Positions 48,052 to 57,927 of a stretch of DNA of 64,000 bases are shown piece after piece; within the stretch, counting starts at the first letter, position 1; each line of letters starts with the position of its first letter. This DNA is from Candidatus Spongiisociaceae bacterium. GTDB taxonomy: Bacteria > Actinomycetota > Acidimicrobiia > Spongiisociales > Spongiisociaceae. The translations under genes and the position numbers were made by a program. The DNA lies in contig OZ253564.1 of assembly GCA_965262915.1 (NCBI GenBank), positions 3,520,001-3,584,000 on the forward strand. Direction: 5' to 3'. The notes below the pieces were generated by a model that made no database searches, had not been told where the DNA came from, and saw nothing but the letters and a program-made list of their open reading frames with translations.

Positions 48052-48936
48052 CTAGACCGTGCGGTTCTGGAGTCGGGCACCCATTATGCCGTCGGGTTTG
48101 GCGACGAGGATGATCACGACGACAAGAAAGACCAAGGTATCTCTAAAAGACCGGAGACCGAGCGGGAGACCGGCTTGAAGTGCCACAGAGGTCGCCCCTA
48201 GCAGGTACGCTCCCAGAACTGACCCGGGTAGGCTGCCGAGTCCCCCGATGATCACTGCGATGAACGCCGCCAGCACCGGTGTAAGGCCGATCGAGGGGTG
48301 GATAAGACCGGTCTGAGCCGAGAAGAGAATCGCTCCCACACCGGCGAGAACACCGCTAATCGCGAAAGCCCCGGCGATGACCCGATCTGCCTTGATTCCC
48401 AAAATGCGCGCTACGAAGAAGTCCTCAGCTGCTGCCCTCATCTGGAGTCCGAATACTGTACGGCTGAGAAACAGAACGAGCAAGAGCAACAGCACCGTGG
48501 TCACCCCAATGGAAACCAGGTCCAAGCGCCGGATGGCGATGTCACCGATGAAAATACGTCCGCGTAACCCTTCGAGAATCCCCACGCTGCGCGGAAGAGC
48601 CCCGACGGTTACCACTGCAAGGCTCTGGAGAAAGAAGCTGACAGCGAAAGACGTTACGAGAAGCGTCTCGATCGCCGCGCCCCGCACACGGCGGAAGGCG
48701 ACCCTCTCGGTTGCGAGGGCCAGCAGTACAACGATGAAGATTGCTGCACCGATACGGATCGCTGTACTCGGGACGGTGATGAAGACAAGCACATAGCCAC
48801 CCGCCATGACGAGTTCCCCATGGGCGAAGTTGATCAGGCTCATCACACCGAAAAGCAACCCGACCCCTAGCGCAAACAGGGCGTAGATACTCCCTAGGCT
48901 GAGCGCGTCGAGAAGGAGTTGTACAAGATAAGCCAT
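48052..48936 (-). CDS. livH: Branched-chain ABC permease LivH-like
   Basis: GSIYAL, INFAHGE, MRAAAED, GGLGSLPG, KPDGIMG. Confidence 0.9.
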   Translation of the reverse strand: MAYLVQLLLDALSLGSIYALFALGVGLLFGVMSLINFAHGELVMAGGYVLVFITVPSTAIRIGAAIFIVVLLALATERVAFRRVRGAAIETLLVTSFAVSFFLQSLAVVTVGALPRSVGILEGLRGRIFIGDIAIRRLDLVSIGVTTVLLLLLVLFLSRTVFGLQMRAAAEDFFVARILGIKADRVIAGAFAISGVLAGVGAILFSAQTGLIHPSIGLTPVLAAFIAVIIGGLGSLPGSVLGAYLLGATSVALQAGLPLGLRSFRDTLVFLVVVIILVAKPDGIMGARLQNRTV

Positions 48937-49262
48937 GGCTCACCAACGATTGGCAACGTGGGAAACCATACCGGGCAAAATATACCATACCTGAGGCGCG
49001 CACTCTCGCTAACCTTGCCCCCAGAATTTCGAACAAATCAAGGTTCTCCTCGTCCGTTCACCGCGGCCTGTTACCGGCGACTTCCTTAGAGCCTCCGCCC
49101 AGAACGACCGACTCACCTGTGCCCGATCACCCGCTTCGTACATCCGTTACTCCCCAGCGCCTCGTGAACAGCCTCAGGGGCATCGACAACACACGCGCCG
49201 CAGCGTGTCTCTCGAACCGCTGGAAGTGCTTGCTATTCAACGACGTTGACAGGTGGTCCAGC

Positions 49263-49332
49263 CGTCTGTCTGTAGAAGCCGTCCGGCATGCGCCGGCAAG
49301 CAGAGCACGGCGAGTTGCTTTGTAGACAGACG
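49263..49332. mobile_element. MITE family B, internally deleted copy
   Basis: CGTCTGTCTGTAGAAGC...GGCAAGCAGAGCACGGCGAGTTGCTTTGTAGACAGACG matches both ends of the 8440-8596 copy. Confidence 0.7.
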
Positions 49333-49334
49333 TT

Positions 49335-50477
49335 CTAGAAACGGTCCGGCGCGAAGGGCTGGAGATCCAACTCCTCCGGCAGGCCGAGGGCGAGCCGGGC
49401 CAGGACCCGGCCCATGAGCGGTCCGGCGGTCAGGCCCATATGGGGATAGACGCCAACCACCAACCCCGGCGGGCCGAGGGGACCGATGATCGGACCCAGG
49501 TCGGGGGTGGCAAGACCTTTGCCCGGCCAGGTGCGGATCAGGCGTACCCCCGCCAGGGACGGCACGACCCTGAGCGCGATCCTCATATTGGCGATGAGGT
49601 TGTGGGGGTTGACCCTGTTGTGCCCGGTGACCGGGTCGATGTCGGATGACCAACCTCCGCCGATCAGAAGGGTTCCGGCCTTCGCCTGCTTGAAGGTCAG
49701 CTTGCCGCCTGCGAAGTAGACCAGGTTGTGGACCATCGGAGCCACGGGTTCGGTCGCTCCGACCTGGGCCGGATCGTCGAAGATTGCCAGAGGCCTACCC
49801 CACAGCGATGCAAAACAGTTCAGGTCGTTACCCGTGACCAGCACGACCCGCCCGGCCGTGACCGTGCCGGAGGTCGTGGTGGCGGTGAACATCGCGTTGT
49901 CGCAATCCAGCCCGGTCACCTCCGTGTTGGTCCTGATGACCGCTCCTCTGGCCACAGCGGCCCGGGCGAACGCCGGTGCGGCCACCATGGAGTTGACCTT
50001 CCCCTCCACCCGGCAAAGCTGCGCGCCCGCCATCGACTCGGAAACGTACGGAGCAACCCGGCGGAGGTCTGCGGGCCCGAGAATGTCGGACTCCACCGCA
50101 GCGGACCGTTCGATGGCGACCTTCCGTTCTATGTCTCTCATCTGCTCGGAGGTCTCCGCTACGAGCAGTCCTCCATTGAGCGAGACCTCCAGGTCGGTGT
50201 CCAAGACATCGCTCAGGCTCTTCCACATCTCCAGGGATCCGGATAAGAAACGCAGGGCCGGAAGGAAATCACGGGCCCACTCCTCGCCGAACTCCCGGAA
50301 GGAGGCGTGCTGGATCTGTCCGTGCAGGCTTCCGGCATTCCGACCGGAAGCCTGGGTGTTGAGGTCGAACTGCTCGAGCAGCACCACTTCGGCCCCGTAC
50401 CCGGCCAGATGCCATGCCGTCGAGCAGCCCGTTATGCCCCCACCGATTACGAGGACGTCGCAGCGTGTGGGCGCCAT
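49335..50477 (-). CDS. FAD-dependent oxidoreductase, DAO family (HcnC/OoxB/LhpB/SoxB-like)
   Basis: IGGGITG, QASGRNAGSLH, LLIGGGW, TPDLGPIIG, GLTAGP. Confidence 0.9.
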   Translation of the reverse strand: MAPTRCDVLVIGGGITGCSTAWHLAGYGAEVVLLEQFDLNTQASGRNAGSLHGQIQHASFREFGEEWARDFLPALRFLSGSLEMWKSLSDVLDTDLEVSLNGGLLVAETSEQMRDIERKVAIERSAAVESDILGPADLRRVAPYVSESMAGAQLCRVEGKVNSMVAAPAFARAAVARGAVIRTNTEVTGLDCDNAMFTATTTSGTVTAGRVVLVTGNDLNCFASLWGRPLAIFDDPAQVGATEPVAPMVHNLVYFAGGKLTFKQAKAGTLLIGGGWSSDIDPVTGHNRVNPHNLIANMRIALRVVPSLAGVRLIRTWPGKGLATPDLGPIIGPLGPPGLVVGVYPHMGLTAGPLMGRVLARLALGLPEELDLQPFAPDRF

Positions 50478-50481
50478 TCGG

Positions 50482-51258
50482 TCACGACCGGGCTTTGAGG
50501 TCGCGCAGGACCTCGAGTTCGTACCTGCTGGGCGGTTCGGTCTCCTCGAGGTCCGGGGAGATCCGCAGCGGCCATCGAGTCTGGGCCTTGACCTGCTCGA
50601 CGGTGACCCCGGGGTGCACCGCCACCAGGGTCAGTTCGCGGTCTTCGGGATCCGGCTTCAGAACCCCGAGGTCGGTTATGACCGTCTGGGGTCCGGCTCC
50701 GGTGAATCCGAGTTCGGATCGTGTCTGCGGTCTTTCCCCCAAACCGACCGAGGTCAGGAAGTCGAGTTCGGGAACGAACGCTCTCGCCAGATGGCGCATG
50801 ATGACGGTCACCTCACGGCAGTAGGAAGCGATCTCGGGAGCGCCTCCGGCACCGGGAAGGCGGACCACCGGCCGGTGGTAGTCCCTGCCGATCACCGTGG
50901 TGTTGAGGTTGGCGAACCTGTCGATCTGAGCCGCGCCCAGGTAGCCGATGTCGATATGGCCGCCCTGGAGCCAGTAGTTGAAGATCTCGGGGACCGGAAC
51001 CACTGCCTCGGCCGTTTCCGCCAGCTCGCCGTCTCCGATGGACAGCGGCAGCTTGGTCGGTTTGGCGCCCAGCACGCCCGATTCGTAGACGAGGAAAAGG
51101 TTGGGAGCATGGGTGAAGCGCGCCAGGTTGGCCACCGTGCTGGGAATGCCGATCCCGACGAAGCAGGACATCCCGTCACGGAGGCTGCGTGATCCGACCA
51201 CCGTCATGATCTCCTCGGGGGTCCATCCCCGAGCGTCGGTCTGCACCGAGCCGCTCAC
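50482..51258 (-). CDS. CoA-transferase beta subunit (glutaconate/3-oxoadipate CoA-transferase type)
   Basis: FVGIGIP, YESG, AQIDRFANLNTT, RLPGAGGAPEIA. GTGA overlap. Confidence 0.9.
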   Translation of the reverse strand: MSGSVQTDARGWTPEEIMTVVGSRSLRDGMSCFVGIGIPSTVANLARFTHAPNLFLVYESGVLGAKPTKLPLSIGDGELAETAEAVVPVPEIFNYWLQGGHIDIGYLGAAQIDRFANLNTTVIGRDYHRPVVRLPGAGGAPEIASYCREVTVIMRHLARAFVPELDFLTSVGLGERPQTRSELGFTGAGPQTVITDLGVLKPDPEDRELTLVAVHPGVTVEQVKAQTRWPLRISPDLEETEPPSRYELEVLRDLKARS

Positions 51259-52064
51259 GGAGCCCCTAGCACCGACTCGTCCAACCAGTGCAGGAAGCGG
51301 TCCCGGTCCTTGCTGATCCCGTCCCACCGCCTGTAAGCAGGGTTGTCACGCTCGTAGTAGTCCTGCACGTAGGAAGGTCCGGCCCCCCCCGGCACCTCGC
51401 AGACCGCGGTAACGGCCATCGACGGGATGACGAGGTCGCTCGGGCGGCGGTCCAGTTCGTTCACCACTTCCTCGACCGTCACGATCGAGTACCGCGACGC
51501 CAGGACCACCTCTTTGAGAACCCCGGAGATGCCCCATATCTGCACGTTGCCGGCGCGGTCGGCGCGCTGGGCATGGATGATGCCGGTGTCGGGGTTGATA
51601 GCCGCAACCGCGGCCACGGTCCGGCCTGTGAACGGGCAGTCGATGAACCTCACGTGCTCGGCGATTCTCCCCAGGGAGGTACCAAGGTAACCCTTCATCA
51701 CCGTAAAAGGCATACCCGAGGCACCCGCCACGTATCGATTGGTGAGCCCCGCATGACTGTGTTCCTCGATCTCGAGGGGAGCCGGCCAGCCGTTCTCCAC
51801 CGCGTCGCGGAACCGCCAGAGCGAGCCGACACCGGGATTGCCGCCCCAGGAGAAGAGCATCTTGCGCACACATCCGGCGCCGATCAACTGGTCGTATATC
51901 AGATCGGGTGTCAGCCTGACGATGGTGAGATCGCGCCGCCCCTGGCGGATGATCTCGTGTCCGGCCGCGAACGGGATGAGATGCGTGAAGCCCTCCAGGG
52001 CAACGGTGTACCCATCGCGCACGTATCTGGAAACGGCTTCGCTGAGATCCAGGTGTTCGACCAT
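51255..52064 (-). CDS. CoA-transferase alpha subunit (glutaconate/3-oxoadipate CoA-transferase type)
   Basis: EGFTHLIPFAAGHEIIRQ, SWGGNPGVGSL, HAQRADRAGNV. Confidence 0.92.
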   Translation of the reverse strand: MVEHLDLSEAVSRYVRDGYTVALEGFTHLIPFAAGHEIIRQGRRDLTIVRLTPDLIYDQLIGAGCVRKMLFSWGGNPGVGSLWRFRDAVENGWPAPLEIEEHSHAGLTNRYVAGASGMPFTVMKGYLGTSLGRIAEHVRFIDCPFTGRTVAAVAAINPDTGIIHAQRADRAGNVQIWGISGVLKEVVLASRYSIVTVEEVVNELDRRPSDLVIPSMAVTAVCEVPGGAGPSYVQDYYERDNPAYRRWDGISKDRDRFLHWLDESVLGAP

Positions 52065-52277
52065 ACCTCAGGGTTCGGTTCGGCAACAGCCCGCCAGGGA
52101 TCGGGAGCGTGAACGCGGGTTCCGGCGGATGGACAGCAATGTTAGGCGCCGCGCGTTCCGACCCGGCATCAGCTACGTACTCGAGGGGTGACAGGCCCAG
52201 CCAACACATGGCTGAACCACGTGGGTTTGCGTCGGGAGGAGGTATGCAGACGTGGCAGGCGCCGGTTTCGTCATCCT

Positions 52278-52322
52278 CGACTACCGACTACCGACTACCG
52301 ACTACCGACTACCGACTACCGA
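52278..52322. repeat. Heptamer repeat 6x CGACTAC
   Basis: Read directly; it contains the TAG stop of the alpha/beta hydrolase. Confidence 0.95.
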
Positions 52323-53253
52323 GATAGTCGAGCAGGCCCGCCTCGTAGCGGCTCGGGTAATCGTCCCACGCGTCGCCGTGGGCGCAACCTTCGTAGACGG
52401 TGAGTAGCGGAGGGAACTGGAGCGGTAAGCGGATCCGTTCCAGATGGCTGATCGGGATGCGGTCATCGGTATCGCAATGGGCCAGACCGATGGCGTAGGG
52501 ATACCGGGCGGAGTCCTCCACCGGGCGCACGCCGTCGATGTCGAGACCCTTCGTGAGGAGGGCCATCAGGATCACCCCAGGGCGCAGAGCCGATCCGAGC
52601 CAGGAAGGCGCCGAAGTACGCCGGGTCACTTCCTGTACGACCAGATCGGACAGGGTTGCGAACGCAGAATCGGCGAATACCCCGGCGATGGCCGGTTCGC
52701 GCCAGCCGGCCATCAGAGCGATCGCGCCCCCGTAGGAATTGCCGTGCAGGAAGATGGCACCGGGTCGGGCGGCGCGCTCTCGAATCACGTGGTCGACCGC
52801 TCCGAGCAGGTCGTCACGCTCGTGGATCCCGGCCCCCATCTGGGCGGGGTCGGACTCGCCGTGGCCGCGCAGGTCGAAGGCCAGGACCGAGTAGCCGTTG
52901 GCGACGAGCGCCGGAACCATTCCGAGCATGGAACTGCGGGTGCTGTCGATGCCGTGCACACGGATCAAGACCCCTCGAGGGTCCGGCGCCGGCATCCACC
53001 ATCCGCGCAGGGTGATGTCGGGCCAACCACGCGGGGAGAACTCTGCGTCCTCGTAATCCAGAGCGAAGTCCCCGGGGCGTTCCCCGAGCGGGTTGGCCTC
53101 TGCATCGAGGGCGCTGTCCGCGATGTAGTAGGACACGGCAAGGTAGATCGAGGCGAGGACTACCACGGGGACGACCGTTCGTCTGATCAGCCTCGAACGT
53201 CTGCGTGCGGCGCCACCGCGCCGCCACCGGAGCCTGCTCGACCATTTGGACAC
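52309..53253 (-). CDS. Membrane-anchored alpha/beta hydrolase
   Basis: N-terminal TM, FDLRGHGES, GNSYGG, D..IP, CAH. Confidence 0.88.
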   Translation of the reverse strand: MSKWSSRLRWRRGGAARRRSRLIRRTVVPVVVLASIYLAVSYYIADSALDAEANPLGERPGDFALDYEDAEFSPRGWPDITLRGWWMPAPDPRGVLIRVHGIDSTRSSMLGMVPALVANGYSVLAFDLRGHGESDPAQMGAGIHERDDLLGAVDHVIRERAARPGAIFLHGNSYGGAIALMAGWREPAIAGVFADSAFATLSDLVVQEVTRRTSAPSWLGSALRPGVILMALLTKGLDIDGVRPVEDSARYPYAIGLAHCDTDDRIPISHLERIRLPLQFPPLLTVYEGCAHGDAWDDYPSRYEAGLLDYLGSR

Positions 53254-53341
53254 CTGGCTGCGAGTCTAGAACTTAGGTGTCCCTCCCGTATTCGGGCGGT
53301 CATTGTCACCCCGGAGGTTTGGAGTCGCGTTCCGGGGTGAC

Positions 53342-54157
53342 CTACCTGGCCGTATACCCGCCGTCCACAACGAGCACGGCGCCGGTCATCCATTCACTCT
53401 GGTCCGACGCGAGGAAAGAGACTGCCGAAGCAACATCGGACACGGTTCCGAGGCGGGGCCACGGGGTCAGATCGTGCTCGGGGTTGACCCCGATGACCGC
53501 CCGAGAAAGCGAGGTCTCAACGAATCCCGGGGAGACAGCGTTGACCCGGATCCGGTGATCGGCGTAGTCGATGGCCAGCTGGCGGGTCAGCCCGATCACC
53601 CCACCCTTCGAAGCGGAGTAGGCAGGCTCCGCGGCCAATCCGACCATTCCGGCGATGGACGCGATGTTGACGACGCTCCCGCCCTTCCCGAACCTCACCA
53701 TGTTGCTGATGGCGACTTTGCATCCGAGCCAGACACCCTTGAGGTTGGTAGCGATGGTCGAGTCGAACTCGGCTTCGGTCTCCTCGAGGATGGTCCGGTG
53801 GCCGTGCCAGATCCCGGCGTTGTTGACCATGATGTCCAGCCCGCCCAACTCATCGACCGCGACGGATGCGGCGCTCTCCATGTCGGAGGCCTGACCTACG
53901 TCGGCTTCCACGAACATTGCTTCTCCCCCTGCCGCCCGGATCAGGTCCACGGTCGATGCGGGACCGCCTTCCTCATGGTGACCTTCACGAGGGTGAGAAC
54001 GGAGATCAGCCACAAGCATTCGGGCCCCATCCGCCGCCAGGCGGCGAGCGATGGCCCGTCCGATGCCGGAACTTGCCCCGGTCACAACCGCAACCTTGCC
54101 CCCGAGGGTGCGAGCGACGCAGGATTGGGCAGGTTGCAATTCCGGATTCCCCATCAC
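53342..54157 (-). CDS. SDR family oxidoreductase
   Basis: TGASSGIG, VNNAG, YSASKGG, VDGG. Confidence 0.95.
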   Translation of the reverse strand: MMGNPELQPAQSCVARTLGGKVAVVTGASSGIGRAIARRLAADGARMLVADLRSHPREGHHEEGGPASTVDLIRAAGGEAMFVEADVGQASDMESAASVAVDELGGLDIMVNNAGIWHGHRTILEETEAEFDSTIATNLKGVWLGCKVAISNMVRFGKGGSVVNIASIAGMVGLAAEPAYSASKGGVIGLTRQLAIDYADHRIRVNAVSPGFVETSLSRAVIGVNPEHDLTPWPRLGTVSDVASAVSFLASDQSEWMTGAVLVVDGGYTAR

Positions 54158-54232
54158 GCTCCTCCTCGAGTTGCAGCCGCGGAAACTAAACCCGGGGCCA
54201 AGACATCAGGCAACCCGGAATCGACCCGTGAC

Positions 54233-55126
54233 TCAGAACCGCTCGTCCACGAAGGTCTGGTCCGTAATGGGAGGACGGACGTAACCGACTCCCGATTGGC
54301 GTTCCGGTAGCTCGATGTCATCCCAAGGAACATCCTTGTAGGGAATCTGCCCCAACAGGTGGGAGATGCAGTTGAGGCGGGCCCTTTTCTTGTTGTCCGC
54401 GTTGACGACGTACCAGGGGGCCTGCTTGATATCGGTATGGGCGAAGAGGATGTCCTTGGCCTTGGAGAACTCCGCCCATCGGGATCGACCCTCCACATCC
54501 ACCGGTGACAGCTTCCAGCGCTTGACGGGGTCGGTGATGCGGGATTGGAACCGTCGCTCCTGTTCCGCATCGCTCACCGAGAACCAGTACTTGATGAGGA
54601 TGATGCCCGAGCGGATCAGCATCCGCTCGAACTCGGGACACGAACGCAGGAACTCGCGGTACTCCTCCTGGGTACAGAAGCCCATCACCGGCTCCACCAC
54701 GCCGCGGTTGTACCAACTCCGGTCGAAGAGGACCATCTCGCCCGCTGCGGGCAACTCCGCCACGTAGCGCTGGAACCACCATTGGGTCTTCTCGCGGTCA
54801 CTGGGCGTCCCCAGCGCCACCACTCGCACGATGCGGGGATTGAGGCGTTCGGTGATCCGCTTGATCACCCCGCCCTTGCCCGCCGCATCACGGCCTTCGA
54901 AGATGACGACGACCTTGAGCCCTTCGTGTTTGATCCAGCGCTGCAAACGGACCAACTCCTCTTGGAGATGGGCCAGTTCGCGCTCGTAGACCTTGCGTTT
55001 CAGCTTGGGTCGTTCCTCATGGATCACGTCCAACTCAAGCGCCCCGGCGAAATCCACACTCATGCCCGTAGAGGATACAGAAGCGCAGGGCCGCGCGCCC
55101 CCGAGGTCCGATGCGGCTGTCTTCAA
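54233..55126 (-). CDS. ppk2: Polyphosphate kinase 2
   Basis: EGRDAAGKGG, FDRSWYNR, KRWKLSP, KKRARLNCI. Confidence 0.96.
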   Translation of the reverse strand: MKTAASDLGGARPCASVSSTGMSVDFAGALELDVIHEERPKLKRKVYERELAHLQEELVRLQRWIKHEGLKVVVIFEGRDAAGKGGVIKRITERLNPRIVRVVALGTPSDREKTQWWFQRYVAELPAAGEMVLFDRSWYNRGVVEPVMGFCTQEEYREFLRSCPEFERMLIRSGIILIKYWFSVSDAEQERRFQSRITDPVKRWKLSPVDVEGRSRWAEFSKAKDILFAHTDIKQAPWYVVNADNKKRARLNCISHLLGQIPYKDVPWDDIELPERQSGVGYVRPPITDQTFVDERF

Positions 55127-55147
55127 TCTGTCAGCCCGCGGACCGGA

Positions 55148-56230
55148 TCAGGCCCGAGACGAGGCGAACCCGGCGAGCACCGCCCTGACGGCGTGTTCGA
55201 GGACCCCTTCGCCATACCCCCCCTCCTGAACCAGGACGGTCGGTAACCCGGTCCGCAGAGCACGGCCGACCGCGCGGTAGTCGTCATCGCGCAGTTGTAG
55301 CACCCGGTCCGCAGCGTGGGTGTCGACGCCGAGCGCCACCATTACCACATCGGCTCCGAAGGCATCGACCGCCCCGACGGCCCGTTCGAGGGCCGGGGCA
55401 TAGTCGCTCCATGTGGATCCGCTCCGTAGCGGTAGGTTGAGGTTGGCACCGGTACCGGCCCCCTCGCCCGTTTCCTCCGGGAATCCGGTGAAGAACGGGA
55501 AGTGGACCTCGGGATCCCCGTGTATGGAGATTGTGAGCACATCCCCGCGATGCCAGAAGACAGCCTGGGTACCGTTGCCATGGTGGGCATCGATGTCGAT
55601 GATCGCTACCTTCAGTCCTCGGGCGGCCAGCCAGGCAGCCGCTAGGGCGGTGTTGTTGAGGTAGCAGTAGCCACCGAACGTGGCAGGACCCGCATGGTGG
55701 CCTGGTGGGCGGCTAAGAGCGTAGGCGGCTTCCTTCCCGCCGTAGACATCTCGCGCTGCGGCCACCGCAGACGCCGCGGCCGACAAGGCCGCCCGCCAGG
55801 TTCCCTGGAGGATCGGATCCACATCGTTGGAATACACGCCTAGCTCGGCGTCGACATGGGTGGGTCGCCTCCAGGTAGTCCGCGGAAGGGGGCGGATGTA
55901 GGCGACCGCCTCCCCGGTGGCGGGTCCGCCGGTGGCCTCTCGCCAGCGGCCATGGGCGGTACGGAGGAAAGCGAGGTAATCGCGGTGATGTACAAGGAGC
56001 AGGTCGGCTGGATCGATCTCGGCGGGGCGGCGGACATCAAACCCCCCGGCTGCGGACAGAGCGGCGAGGATCCGATCGGCGCGGGAGGCCGTTTCCGCCG
56101 GCGGCAGGAGCACTCCTCCGAACCGGTGCGGCTCCACCGGATCATGCAGGCGGCCATCGGGATGGGAATAGACGATCACGCGGTCTACCGTTGCAAGTTC
56201 CCCACTGTGCGGGCGGATGATAGGCGCCAT
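55148..56230 (-). CDS. Histone deacetylase family / acetylpolyamine amidohydrolase-like (start uncertain)
   Basis: RPPGHHA, GGYCYLNN, DIDAHHGNGTQ, QEGGY. Confidence 0.92.
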   Translation of the reverse strand: MAPIIRPHSGELATVDRVIVYSHPDGRLHDPVEPHRFGGVLLPPAETASRADRILAALSAAGGFDVRRPAEIDPADLLLVHHRDYLAFLRTAHGRWREATGGPATGEAVAYIRPLPRTTWRRPTHVDAELGVYSNDVDPILQGTWRAALSAAASAVAAARDVYGGKEAAYALSRPPGHHAGPATFGGYCYLNNTALAAAWLAARGLKVAIIDIDAHHGNGTQAVFWHRGDVLTISIHGDPEVHFPFFTGFPEETGEGAGTGANLNLPLRSGSTWSDYAPALERAVGAVDAFGADVVMVALGVDTHAADRVLQLRDDDYRAVGRALRTGLPTVLVQEGGYGEGVLEHAVRAVLAGFASSRA

Positions 56231-56260
56231 TGGTAGAGTGCTGAAAGCGACAAGAGACAG

Positions 56261-57031
56261 ATGCACTCCGGTGTGCGAGCTAGCGGAAGGACCCGTTTCG
56301 AGTTGAACCCGGTCATCTCCTTCACTGATGTCACCAAGTACTTCGGAACCACCCACGCCCTCGACCCCACCAACCTGTCGATCCGCAAGGGCGAGTTCGT
56401 GTCGCTGGTAGGTCCGTCCGGATGCGGGAAATCAACTGTCCTCCGGCTCGGTTCCGGCCTGATCGAACCTTCCTCGGGAACCGTCACCAGGTCATCGGAC
56501 AACATCGGCTACATCTTCCAGGAACCGACCCTGATGCCTTGGCGGACGGTCGAGCAGAACGTCAGGTTTCTCGGCGAGCTGGACGGTATGAGCCGCCAGG
56601 AGAGCAACCGCCGGACGGCCGAGGTCCTGGCCCTCGTCGGTCTGGAGGAGTTCCGAGGCCACCACCCGCTGGCCCTGTCGGGCGGGATGATGATGCGGAC
56701 CAGCATCGCCCGATCCCTGCTGCTCGATCCGGACCTGTTCCTGTTCGACGAGCCGTTCGGCGCCCTCGATCAGATCAGCAGGGCGCGACTCAACGAGGAA
56801 CTGACCTCGCTCTTCGCCGACCGCCGCTTCGCCACCCTGTTCGTGACCCATTCGGTCGATGAAGCCGTCTACCTGGCGTCCCGCCTGCTGGTGATGAGCA
56901 AGCGTCCGGGACGGATCGTTGCCGAATTCCGGATCCCCTACGGCTTCCCCCGCAACCCGTCCATCCGCTACGAGCCGGAGTTCGCAAAGCTCGCCGGTGA
57001 AGTGGCCGGAGCGCTCGCGGAGGCATCGTGA
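56261..57031 (+). CDS. ABC ATP-binding protein (TauB/SsuB-type)
   Basis: GPSGCGKST, LMPWRT, LSGGM, DEPFGALD, VTHS. Confidence 0.93.
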   Translation: MHSGVRASGRTRFELNPVISFTDVTKYFGTTHALDPTNLSIRKGEFVSLVGPSGCGKSTVLRLGSGLIEPSSGTVTRSSDNIGYIFQEPTLMPWRTVEQNVRFLGELDGMSRQESNRRTAEVLALVGLEEFRGHHPLALSGGMMMRTSIARSLLLDPDLFLFDEPFGALDQISRARLNEELTSLFADRRFATLFVTHSVDEAVYLASRLLVMSKRPGRIVAEFRIPYGFPRNPSIRYEPEFAKLAGEVAGALAEAS

Positions 57032-57879
57032 CCGGCATGATGCCCCCCGAGGGGATCGACCGGGAAAGTGCCGGAACCAAGGTCGTGTCCTTCCTCAAGA
57101 TCGCGATCCCGCCGACACTGGTCGCCATGCTCATCATCCTCCTGTGGTACGGCGTCACCTTCTTCGTACTGGAACCGGATCGGCGTTTCCTCCTCCCGCC
57201 GCCCCACGGAGTCATCCAGGAAGGGTTCCTCAACGGTGCGACGCGGGCCGAGATACTCGGGGGCCTGCAACGGACGGCAACTGTCGCAGGCCTCGGCCTC
57301 GGTATCGCTTTCGCGCTCGGATTCTCGATGGCGCTGGTCATGAGCCAGGCAAAGTGGATCGAGCGGTCCCTGTACCCCTACGCGGTGGTCTCCCAGACGG
57401 TGCCGATCCTGGCACTGATTCCCCTGCTCGGGTTCTGGTTCGGGTTCGGCCTGATGTCGCGGGTGATGGTGTGCGTGATCATCGCCCTGTTCCCCATCGT
57501 CATCAACTCTCTCACCGGCCTACAGGGGGTGGAGCCGAAGCTCCACGATCTGGTAACCCTTCACAAGGCAAGCCGCTGGACCCGGGCCTACAAGCTGCAG
57601 ATCCCCGCAGCCCGGCCACTCATATTCACCGGCATGAGGACTTCGGCGGGACTGGCGGTAATCGGAGCCATAGTCGGCGACTTCTTCTTCGGGCGGGGCC
57701 AGCCTGGCATCGGGATCCTGCTCGACCGCTACAGCCGCCGCCTGAAGAGCGAGGAGCTACTTGCCGCGGTCATCGTCGCGTGCCTGCTCGGGGTGGTGGC
57801 CTTCTGGATATTCGGCGTGATCGGTCGGCGGGCTGTGGGCCATTGGGACCCTTCCTGGGCTGACGAACGCCAGAAGTGA
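57028..57879 (+). CDS. ABC permease (TauC/SsuC-type)
   Basis: LLPPPH, QTVPILA, LFPI, GAIVGDFF. Confidence 0.92.
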   Translation: MTGMMPPEGIDRESAGTKVVSFLKIAIPPTLVAMLIILLWYGVTFFVLEPDRRFLLPPPHGVIQEGFLNGATRAEILGGLQRTATVAGLGLGIAFALGFSMALVMSQAKWIERSLYPYAVVSQTVPILALIPLLGFWFGFGLMSRVMVCVIIALFPIVINSLTGLQGVEPKLHDLVTLHKASRWTRAYKLQIPAARPLIFTGMRTSAGLAVIGAIVGDFFFGRGQPGIGILLDRYSRRLKSEELLAAVIVACLLGVVAFWIFGVIGRRAVGHWDPSWADERQK

Positions 57880-57927
57880 ACGAGTAGAACATCAGGACAA
57901 CGACCAACGTTAAGAAAGGAGCCACCG

